Source: Centroscyllium fabricii
Taxonomy: Eukaryota
Reading direction: 5' to 3'
Assembly (NCBI GenBank): GCA_051313645.2
Contig: JBNRSN020000024.1
Coordinates: forward strand, 40,920,001-40,984,000
DNA: 64,000 nt
Positions 21,525 to 32,181 of this stretch are shown here, in pieces. The translations under genes and the position numbers were made by a program. Within the stretch, counting starts at the first letter, position 1. Each line of letters begins with the position of its first letter. The notes under the pieces were generated by a model. That model ran no database searches. It saw nothing but the letters and a program-made list of their open reading frames with translations, and was not told the DNA's origin.

Positions 21525-22959
21525 ATAATGCCATAATAATAATAATGATAATTCAACTTTATTGTCATTATACAATGTACATCCTATTTTAAAGAAGAAA
21601 ACATTCTCTTCTGTGGGATTTTCCAATAACAGAGCTTCTTGTGCTTAACGGACTGGTTCATTATCTAGTTTCATATTTGAAACATAGAAACATAGAAGAT
21701 AGGAGCAGGAGTAGCCCATTCGGCCCCTCGAGCCTGCTCCACCATTCAATGCAATCATGGCTGATCATTCAATTTCAGTCCCTGTTCCTGCCTTCTCCCC
21801 ATGTCCCTTGATCCCTTTAGCCTTAAGAAATACATCCAACTCCTTCTTGAATATATTTAATGAATTGGCCTCTACTACATTCTGTGGTAGAGAATTCCAC
21901 AGGTTCACCACTTTCTGGGTGAAGAAATTCCTCCTCATCTCTGTTCGAAATGGCTTACCCCTATCTTTAGACTGTGACTCCTGGTTCTGGACTCCCCGAC
22001 CATCGGGAACATCCTTCCTGCATCTAGTCTGTCCAATCGTGTTAGAATTTTATAAGTTTCATTGAGATCCCCTCTCATTCTTCTAAACTCCAGCGAGTAC
22101 AAGCCCAAATGACCCAATCTCTCCTCATATGTCATTCCTGCCATCCCAGGTATCAGTCTGGTGAATCTTCGCTGCATTCCCTCCATGGCAAGAACATCCT
22201 TCCTCAGATAAGGTGACCAAAACTGTACACAATACTCAACATGTGGTCTCACCAAGGCCCTGTACAACTGCAGCAAGACATACTTGATCCTGTATTCAAT
22301 CCCTCTCGCTACGAAGGCCAACATACCATTTGCCTTCTTGTCCGCCTGCTGCACCTGCATGCTTACCTTCAGCGACTGGTGCACAAGGACGCCCAGGTCT
22401 CGTTGCACTTCCCCTTCTCCCAATCTATTGCCATTCAGATAATAATCTGCCTGCTTGTTTTTGACACCAAAGTGGATAACCTCGCATTTATCCACATTAT
22501 ATTGCATCTGCCATGCTTCTGCCCAATCACCCAACCTGTCCAAATCATACTGGAGTTTCTCGGCATCCTCCTCACAGCACACATGCACACCCAGCTTTGT
22601 GTCATCTGCAAACTTGGAGATATTACATCTAGTTCCCTCATTCTGATCATTAATATATATTGTGAATAGCTGGGGTCCAAGGACCGTTCCCTGCGGTATC
22701 CCACTAGTCACTGCCTGCCACTCGGAAAAAGAGCCATGTATTCCAACTCTTTGCTTTCTGTCTGCCAACCAGTTCTCTATCCAAGTCAATACCTTGCCCC
22801 CAATCCCATGTGCCTTAATTTTACACGCTAATCTCTCATGCGGAACCTTATCGAAAGTCTTTTGAAAGTCCAAGTACACCACATCCACTGGTTCTCCCTT
22901 ATCTATTTTAGCAAGAAGTCACACAACACCAGGTTATAGTCCAACAGTTTTATTTGAAA

Positions 22960-22996
22960 TCACAAGCTTTCGGAGCGCTGCTCCTTCATCAGGTGA
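22960..22996 (-). ncRNA. Minimal hammerhead ribozyme motif (family A, intact core)
   Basis: Minus strand TCAC-CTGATGA-AGGAGC-AGC-GCTCC-GAAA-GC-TT-GTGA. Confidence 0.78.
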
Positions 22997-23000
22997 CACT

Positions 23001-23037
23001 TCACCTGACGAAGGAGCAGTGCTCTGAAAGCTTGTGA
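23001..23037 (+). ncRNA. Minimal hammerhead ribozyme motif (family A)
   Basis: TCAC-CTGACGA-AGGAGC-AGT-GCTCT-GAAA-GC-TT-GTGA; one G-U pair in stem II. Confidence 0.7.
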
Positions 23038-26000
23038 TTTCAAATAAAACTGTTGGACTATACCCTGGTGTTGTGTGATTTCTTACAATTGTAATTAATT
23101 GGTCTGCCATTTCTGTGTTACCCATTATAAATTCCCCTGATTCTGACTGCAAGGGACCTATACTTGACCTGACCAATTTTTTTCTCTTCACATTTCTACA
23201 AAAGCTTTTACAGTCAGTTTTTATGTTCCCTGCAAGCTTACGATCATACTCTTAATTAATCCCTTTTTCCTCCTTTGTTGAATTCTAAACTGCTCCCAAT
23301 CCTCAGGTTTACTGCTTTTTCTGGCCAATTTATATGACCTCTCCTTGGATCTTATGCTATCTCTAATTTCCCTTGTTAGCCACGGTTGAGTCACCTTTTT
23401 CTTTTTCTTTTTGTGCCAAACTGGGATGAACAAATTCTGTAGTTCATCCATGCAATCTTTGAATGTTTGCCATTGCCTATCCACTGTCAACCCTTTGAGT
23501 GACATTCCCCAATCAATCCTACACAACTTGTGCCTCATACACATCGTAGTTTCCTTTATTTAAATTCAGGACCTTAGTCTCTGAGTCAACCCCTTCACTC
23601 TCCATCTTAATGAAGAATTCTATCATATTATGATCGTTCCGTCCCAAGGGGCCTCGCACAACAAGATTGCTAATTAATCCTTTCTCATTACATAATACCC
23701 AGTCTATGATGGCCTGATCTCTATTTGATTCCTCAATATATTGCTCCAGAAATCCATCCCATATACACTCCAGGAATTCTTCCTCCACAGCATTGTTAGA
23801 ACACAAGACCAGAATGAAGGACACCCCTGGATCTCATGGCTCATTGTCCCTACGTCACTTTTGAATTTCCCGATTTATTGATCAATTCACACTGAAGGAA
23901 TCTAAATCTAAACTGAAATTTAGGCTCAAGATAAAGTTTTACAACTTTACCAAGTACTACACTTGTGCGTCTTGGAATCCAATTCAGTACCAGCCAAAGC
24001 ATGGTTCCACTTCATGGGTAAAGAGTTAACAGTGGGCGGGGCATACTCAGTACATATTAGTGCAAATCAAACTTACGCCAATCCAATTGCTGTTAAGTAA
24101 ATGTAAATGTAAATACTGATGAGACTTTAAACACACTACAAACTATTTAATCCTATAAACTACTGCCTTCAATAGTGAATATTTAAAATTTCTGTCACCT
24201 GATGCTGTCCCTTCATAACCCATTACTTAACAAGTAGCATTGCTCTGGGTCCTCCAGCATACTGTCTGACCTAAAAATGGTGATTATTGTACAATAACCA
24301 GACCAACCAACCCCATAATTGGACTAAAACTACATTACATAATTAAAAATAAATAGTATGTATAAAATATTAATAAAGTGGTACACATTCAGCTGTTGCA
24401 CTACAATAGTCACTCACATTACTGTACCATACTTGACAAATCAAAGGAGAAACAAAAGAACTCTTCAGAAACACAAACATTTGAAGCCTCTTAATTGATG
24501 TTTGACCTCACTCAAAGTTTACTTAACAGCAATTAGTTCCTCTCACCGTAAAGAGCCACACATCTACATTTTAGCAGAATAGTATTTTGCCTGGTGTAAT
24601 GTCCAAACCCCACCCCACATAAGTGCACATCGGAGCAAAGGTATTCCGTGAATGGCTTTCAGAATACTGTTCATTTGCCGAATCCCAAACAGATGTGAGT
24701 CTCCTTTCTCTCTTAAGATAGATCCGAAAATTCCACTTTTTTTGTCGTGAATTTGGATTATCAGCAACAGGATGAGACGTTTTCCAATAGTCGCACCAGT
24801 TGTCTGTGCCAAACAGGCTCAAGTCCGGTATGCGTGTGTTTAAATTAGACACAGGTTCTTGGTGCACTACCTCACCAACACAGCTTGACTGAATCATTGC
24901 AGAAATGCACCAGGGAGACATTTCTCGAGCCAACCATTATTAATATTTCTCAGTGAGACAGCCAGTATCAGTTTGTTCTGAACTGTGGGCATTTTAATGC
25001 TGTGGATTAATACTCACTGTGGGCTGGGCTGAGATGACCATGATTTACGGTATTTACAGAGGCAAAAGACTTTCATCCCATGGCACTGGACTGGATTCAA
25101 ACTCAGATCTTGCAGGCAAAACGATCATGTTGTAATATAATGCATGACCCTGATTCCCTTTTCTGTCATATTCTCAACCTTTCTTCATATTTGCAATTTT
25201 GTTGATGTGTTCTCAAAGTGAGAAAGCCAAGAAACAGATCACATGTATTAGTGGCACAGCAAAGAGCCTATACTGTTACAGCAATGTTCTTCCACATCAG
25301 CCTCAGTACAGCCCCATTATTGGATCAGCATTATACTTCAATTTAGGCTAACCACAGCAGATGGTCAAATTAATGCCAATTTGAAATGAATGATGGGTAC
25401 TTTGTACAATGGGCTCATATCCAAAGAAAACTGATTTCAAATTTCCAAAACCCATTCACCAAAGATTATCCAAACTAGCAGAGAGAAAGAGAGGAGACGG
25501 CCATATCTGTCTGGAATAATTTGAATGAAGAATGTCCCAAGAGCACCACTCCAACTTGCAGCATTTTGGATTTGATTCCCTCTGACCAAAGTAATAGGAA
25601 GACTACAGTAGAATGGCACGCTTGTTCATCACTTTGTCCTAACTGGTGATTCAGATATTTATTATTTTAATATCTTGTTCTTAAGTAACAGGAAATCACA
25701 TTAATATGATGGAGTTCAAGCATGAATTCTTTCCTCGCAGTTTCATCACTGCGACTAACCCAGGCCTTATCATAGTACTCGCTGGATTAGCATACTGAGT
25801 TCTTTTTTATTCTGTAGGGTAAGTTAAAACTCTTCATGCAGTATGAAACGCTTGACCATGTAACCATAAGGTGTAAATTCTCAGAGGCTTTTCATCACTC
25901 CAGAATGTAATGGTGAAGAGTCCAGTACTTCTCCGATTATTTTCCTCGATTACATCCTTATTCACTTTATTAGGCAGAATCTGCTCCTCTCGCAACAGCA

Positions 26001-26324
26001 TAGCTTGAGAACAAGAAGAACATTATACAGGAACATGGGATGTGATTTCCCCACAGGCAGGGCCAAATGTCTACTGCACTCACAATTTACAAATGATTAT
26101 TCTTTGAATTAATCACTCTTGAAAAAACACAAACAATAACAGGGCTGCGATGATAGCTGAACTGCAAACACTACCCAGAATCAATCCATCATTATTACTG
26201 CATGAACACAGTCGAACCAGAAAACATCATTACTCATTTTCTGCAAGCAGGCAAATTAGGTCTTTGACTTGTTAACCATCTGAATCCAATAACAACAACG
26301 TACATACACTGGCGACAGAGTGAA

Positions 26325-27530
26325 CGTGGCAAGGCATTTCACAGACTAGGAACAGATCCAGAGCAGCAACTGAGGAGTACGGGGAGGTGACCAAACACTT
26401 AGTTGAAGAGATAGGCTTTGAGGAGACCTCCGAGGGTGGGGAGAGCAGTTGCAAGACCTCTAGGGAGGTAGCTGTAAAGAATAGAGCTTGGCTAAGCTGA
26501 CTGATGGATCTGCTACCAAGGAGGGTAGGTGGGATGCACAGTAGGCCAGAGTTGGAGGGCCAAAGTGCATGGCTGAGACATGGGACTGGAGCAGGTTGTA
26601 GAGGTAGAGAGGGGCCACATAGATTCAGGATCTGATTTCAATGCATTGGAGAACGTAGAACCAATGAAGGTCACTGAGGACAGGGGTGATAAGTGAGTGG
26701 AACTTAGTATGGGACAGAAATAACAACAGAAAATGCTGGAAAAACTCAGCAGGCCAGGCAACATCCGTGGAGAGAAATATAGAGTCGACGTTTCGGGTTA
26801 GGACCCTTTGTCAAGACTAAAGCCAGGAAATGAAACAGGTGGGAAGGCCGGGGGGGGGGGGGGGGGGGGGCTGGGAGGGAACAAAAGGGAAGAGAAAACA
26901 AACGAGAAAAGAGAACCAAAGAGAAAAGACATTAAGAGGTATTCAAAACGAGACGAGATGCTGATGTGGCTGTGGACAGGAGACAGCTATAGATTAGGTG
27001 TGAAAAGCACTGGCAGAAAGGGAGGCAGCTGCCAAGAGAGAGAGAAATTAAAAGGTCAAATAAAAGGTGTGGATAAAAATAGGTAAAAATATAATGGGGG
27101 CCGAAGTTATGATCTGAAATTGTTGAACTCGATATTGAGGGCTGTAAAGTGCCTAATCGGAAGATACGGCGTTGTTCCTCGAGTGTACGCTGAGCTTCTG
27201 AGGAACAATGTAATAGGCCAAGGACAGAGATCAGAGTGGGAGTGAAGCGGAGAATTAAAGTGACAGGCGACCGGGAGCTCGGGGTTTCCCTTACGGACTG
27301 TATGGGACAGGATGTGGGCAGCGGCAGAGCTTTGGACAAGTTGGAGTTTAGTGACGATAGAGCTTGGAAGATCAGCAAGAAGGCAAGCCTAGAGATAACT
27401 AAAGCATGGCTAAGGGTTTCAGCAATACTAGGGATGAGGAAAGGATGGAGGCGGGTGACATTATGAGGTGGAAGTAAGTGGTCTTGGTAATGGATAGGAT
27501 ATCGGACTTGTAGCTCAGTTTGGGGTAAAA
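26325..27530 (-). mobile_element. Old L2-type LINE 3' fragment, interrupted by a Penelope-like element
   Basis: Minus-strand peptide NVTRLHPFL..IAETLSHALVISRL resembles the L2 ORF2 C-terminus; degenerate L2-like 3' end near 26330-26430. Confidence 0.6.
26718..27299 (-). mobile_element. 5'-truncated Penelope-like element (family B) with GIY-YIG endonuclease C-terminus
   Basis: Minus strand PELPVACHFNSPLHSH...LGLLHCSSEAQRTLEEQRRIFRLGTLQP; 11-bp TSD GTATGGGACAG (26707-26717, 27300-27310); degenerate hammerhead at 26781-26818. Confidence 0.85.
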
Positions 27531-28302
27531 CAACAGCCCGGGATTTGCTCAGAGCTGCTCCTGATCTGCCACTAACTTTACCAGAAGTGCGGTGGGAACC
27601 CTGGTTATGCACTTAACTGGGGATCCGCCACACTCCCGGTGTAGCCACAGCGACCAAGCAGGTGCGGCTAGTTTAGTGAAAGGAAATTCATTTGGACGGA
27701 GGGTTTAATGAACAGATGTAAAAGATGAAGGAGACTTGATTGTACCGTAGCCATGTGCGTACCTCACCGATGTCCAAAAGGAAGAGGTAAGAAGCAACGG
27801 GCTGGTCTTGAAGCACCAAACCGGTAGCTCCACTTCCTATGTGTAGAAGAGAACTCTCTCTGTCAGTAAGAGATAGTGCTAGATATGTGGTACAATGCTT
27901 TAAATGACCACCTACCAGTTACAAGTGACTCCTGTGGACACATTTCCAATAAACTGACTTTGAAATTCTTTCAGTAACATTGCAGCTTAGACAGCAGTGG
28001 TGGCCAACACTCAGGTAGGTCTACTAGCCAGATCGGTAATGTGTTTCGACAGCTTCTGGCCACTCTGCTTCAGAGGACACATCCTGAAAGCAGAGCATCA
28101 TGCTTCATTGCATCAAGCAATCTGGCCTTTCTGGCTCAAACAATTAAATATGCAACTACTGTAAAGCCAAGTATACACTTGCCGCTTGGCTTCAAATTAG
28201 CTCCCTATTGCTCATCTGCTCTTTCCCTGCAGTGATTGTAAGTAAGAATTTGATTGATTTGTCATTCTTAACGGTGATTGCTTATTTGCTTTATAAATCA
28301 CC

Positions 28303-29106
28303 GGGGGTCCGGGTTACAGTCCAGCACTGGGAGAGGCCCGGGGTTAGAGGCCAGGGTCCGGGTTACAGTCACTGGGAGAGGCCCAGGGTTAGAGGCCAGG
28401 GTCTGGGTTACAGTCCAGCACTGGGAGAGGCCCAGGGTTAGAGGCTGGGGTCTGGGTTACAGTCACTGGGAGAGGCCCAGGGTTAGAGGCCAGGGTCCGG
28501 GTTACAGTCACTGGGAGAGGCCCGGGGTTAGAGGCCAGGGTCCGAGTTACAGTCCAGCACTGGGAGAGGCCCGGGGTTAGAGGCCAGGGTCCGAGTTACA
28601 GTCCAGCACTGGGAGAGGCCCAGGGTTAGAGGCCGGGGTCTGGGTTACAGTCCAGCACTGGGAGCGGCCCAAGGTTAGCGGCCAGGGTCCGGGTTACAGT
28701 CCAGCACTGGGAGAGGCCCAGGGTTAGAGGCCGGAGTCTGGGTTACAGTCACTGGGAGAGGCCCGGGGTCAGAGGCCGGAGTCTGGGTTACAGTCACTGG
28801 GAGATGGCCGGGGTCTGGGTTACAGTCACTGGGAGAGGCCTGGGGTAGAGGCCAGGGTCTGGGTTACAGTCACTGGGAGAGGCGTGGGGTTAGAGGCCGG
28901 GGTCTGGGTTACAGTCACTGGGAGATGCCCGGGGTCAGAGGCGGGGGTCTGGGTTACAGTTACTGGGAGAGGCTTGGGGTTAGAGGCCGGGTCTGGGTTA
29001 CAGTCACTGGGAGATGCTCGGGGTCAGAGGCCGGGGTCTGGGTTACAGTTACTGGGAGAGGCCTGGGGTTAGAGGCCAGGGTCTGGGTTAAATCCAGCAC
29101 TGGGAG
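28303..29106 (+). repeat. G-rich minisatellite, 45/49-bp unit, about 17 copies
   Basis: GGGTCTGGGTTACAGTC(CAGC)ACTGGGAGAGGCCCAGGGTTAGAGGCCA repeated in tandem. Confidence 0.93.
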
Positions 29107-30230
29107 CGGGGAGAGCAGAGAGCAGTCCGGAGTTAGAAGCTAGCAGATAGGCCACACTTTTATTTAATTTTAGCACGTGCATTTCTTAAAAAGCTACATG
29201 TAATATAACTTTAGTGTATGCATCTCTGTAAAAAGCTACATTTTAATATAATTTTTAATATAATTTAATGAGGGGAGGGGAGCCGAGAAGGTGGGGGGTG
29301 TGAGGGAGCGCTGACCCGAGGGAGGGGCACGATTAGTGGGAGCATGTGTGTGCTAAGCCCATGCAGTAGAACCTGGTCTCCAATTATCCTGGGTTTCCTT
29401 GCCATTGGACCAAGACCTTGGTCTGTCAAGTTCATGTGGTAGCTGGTGTGCAACGGTCATCCCACGTTAAAAGATTTCACACACAGGCATCTTCCACCCT
29501 TTAAAATGAAGTTTTAAACCTGGAACGTCAGGACCCTCATGGATAACCCCAACAACAACAGACCTGAACGTCGCACCACTATCATCGTCCGGGAACTCTG
29601 ACGCTTCAACATCAACATCGCCACTCTGAGTGAGACACGGCGGGCAGGAGAAGGCCAGCTCAAGGAACAAGGTGGCGGATACACATTTTTCTGGAAAGGC
29701 AAACCAGAAGAGGAACGCCGTCTCCATGGGGTATCAAAAATGAGCTAATTTGGCGTCTTAGCGATTCCCTTTGTGGAATAAACGAGCGCCTCCTGACCCT
29801 TCGGCTCACTCTAACGCTATGGTTGTCAGAGTGTATGCCTCAACCCTGGAAGCTACGGACGAGAACAAAGAGAAATTCTACTCCAGCTCTGAACAATCCA
29901 TCAAGTGACAAGCTGATTCTCCTCGGTGATTTTAATGCCAAAGTTGGAAAGGACACAAACCTCTGGAGAGGTGTGATTGGCAGGGAAGGAGTAGGGAAAA
30001 CCAACTCCAACGGAATCCTTCTCCTGACGAAATGCTTAGAACATAGTCTTGTTATAACCAACACCTTGTTTCATCAGAGAGATAAGCACAAGGCCTCATG
30101 GCAACACAATCGCTCCAGGCATTGGCATCTGTTGGACTAAATCATCATCCGAGCGAGGGACCACAAAGATGTCCGCATCACCTGCGCAATGACAGGAGCT
30201 GACGACTGCTGGACAGACCACTGCCTAATC

Positions 30231-30363
30231 CAAAAACAAAATGCTGCGGATGCTGGAAATCTGAAATAAAAACAGAAAATGCTGGAAACACTCAGCAGGT
30301 CAGGCAGCATCTGTGGAGAGAGAAACAGAGTTAATGTTTCAGGTCGACGACCCTTCGTCAGAA
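30231..30363 (-). mobile_element. Short Penelope-like family B fragment with hammerhead motif
   Basis: 12-bp TSD CAC(T/C)GCCTAATC; minus strand GTT-CTGACGA-AGGGTC-GTC-GACCT-GAAACATT-AAC. Confidence 0.82.
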
Positions 30364-32181
30364 CACCGCCTAATCTGTTCTGTTCTCTCCATCAACCGAG
30401 CCTCAAAATGGCAGCAGCAACAAAAATGCTGCCGCAGACAAATCAATGTGGGAAGACTCCAAGACCCTGCAAAGAAAGCCCTATTCAGCCAATGCCACAC
30501 AGCTAACCTGATGACTCCCAATGAACCCGAACCGCAGAGTGTCCATAGTGCCTGGTTTGCCCTCAAGTCCACCATAATTAGCACCTACTTAGAAACTCTT
30601 GGTTACTCTACCAGGAAACATTAAGACTGGTTTGATGAGAATGACCAGGAGATCCAGGAACTAATAAATCGTAAACATAAGGCATTGTTGAATTGGAAAC
30701 ATCATCACAATTCGAGGGAAAGAAGACAAATTTACAGACAACTGAAGGCCGAGGTCTGACAAAAAACTCGGGACCTAAACAACAAATGGTGGGTGGAAAG
30801 AGCACAGGAGATCCAGCAACTGCCGACAACCATGATGTGCGTGGATTCCTCAGCGCAGTCAAGCCCATCTATGGCCCAAGCACCCAAGGACCTATCCCGC
30901 TGAGAGCTAAGAATGGTGAGGTGCTTATCAAGGACAGAGAGGCAGTTAGTACCCACTGGAAGGAGCACTTCAAAGATCTCCTCAATCAAGACTCCGTCTT
31001 TGACCTGAGTGTCCTTGACTCCATCCCACAGCAAGCTACCCGCCACTATCTCGGCACAAGTCCAGCCCGGCATGAGGTTGAAAAGGTCATCGAAAAGGTC
31101 ATCTATCAGCTGAAAAATAACAATTTTTCCGGAACAGATGAAATCCCTGCCTAAGTACTCAAACATGGTGGAGACGTACTCTTGGGATGAATTCATGACC
31201 TCATCTCCATTATCTGGAAGGAGGAGAGCATGCCAGGTGATTTTAGAGATGGTGCAATTGTGACCATCTTCAAGAAAAGAGACAAGTCCGATTGTGATAA
31301 TTACAGAGTAGTTTCCCTACCACAGGGAAAGTCATTGCAAGAATCCTCCTCAATCGTCTCCTCTCAGTGGCTGAAGAGCTCCTCCCAGAGTCACAATGCG
31401 GATTCCGCCCATTATGAGGCACAATGGACATGATTTTCACTGTGACAAATCCAGGAAAAATGTATGGACCTCACAAAGGCCTTTGACTCTGCAAAACAGA
31501 GATGGATTATGGAGTGTCCTTCTCAAATTTGACTGTCTGCAAACATTTGTTACCATCCTCCGTCTGCTTCACGATGACATGCAAGCCGTGATCCTTACTA
31601 ACGGATTCAGCACAAGTAAAGACTGGGGTCAAGCAAGGCTGTGTCATTCCAGCAATGCTCTTCTCAATCTTTCTTTCTGTAATACTTCATCTCACCTCTA
31701 ACAAGCTTCCCGCCGGAGGGGAGCTAATCTACAGGACTAATGGGAAATGGTTCGATCTCCGTCGCCTTCAGTCCAGAACCAAGATTGTCCCAACCTCTGT
31801 TATTGAATTACATTATGCAGACGATGCTTGTGATTGTGCACATTTGGAGGTCGAACTCCAAATCATCCTTGACTCCTTCACTGAAGCATACGAGAGACTG
31901 GGCCTTACATTAAACATCCGAAAGACAAAGGTACTTCACCAACCTGCCCCCGCCGAACAACACTGCCCCCTGACTATCAAAATCCATGATGAGACCTTGG
32001 ACAGTGTGGACCACTTTCCATACCTTGGGAGCCTTCTGTCAGCGAGGGTGGACATCGATGACGAAATCCAACACCTTCAGTGTGCCAGTGCAGCCTTCGG
32101 CTGCCTGAGGAAAAGAGTGTTTGAAGACCAAGACCTCCAACCCGGCACCAAGCTCATGGTCTGCAGAGCAGCAGTGATACC

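Larger units (their letters stand above)
22913..23092. mobile_element. Palindromic Penelope-like (family A) terminal fragment with two opposed hammerhead motifs
   Basis: About 84-bp arms 22913-22996 and 23001-23084 are reverse complements; same sequence terminates the GIY-YIG-bearing copy at 60721-61450. Confidence 0.85.
21679..23797 (-). mobile_element. CR1 LINE fragment, interrupted and internally deleted at a Penelope insertion
   Basis: ORF2 pieces from the end of the endonuclease (DHNMIEF), linker (PWLTREI) and RT (DVVYLDF, FADD). Confidence 0.92.

Noticed and set aside
23800-26320. Host exons in non-repetitive stretches (also 27550-28300, 37600-38600, 44900-46100, 55850-56760)
   Set aside because: No recognisable protein motif or convincing splice-bounded ORF by eye; short exons cannot be excluded without RNA-seq or homology search.
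26830-26870. Long poly-G run near 26849-26870 (another near 63788-63804)
   Set aside because: Simple homopolymer within a decayed repeat; length is unreliable and no function is supported.
26932-27612. 226-aa minus-strand ORF
   Set aside because: Chance read-through of L2 and Penelope remnants across an insertion junction.
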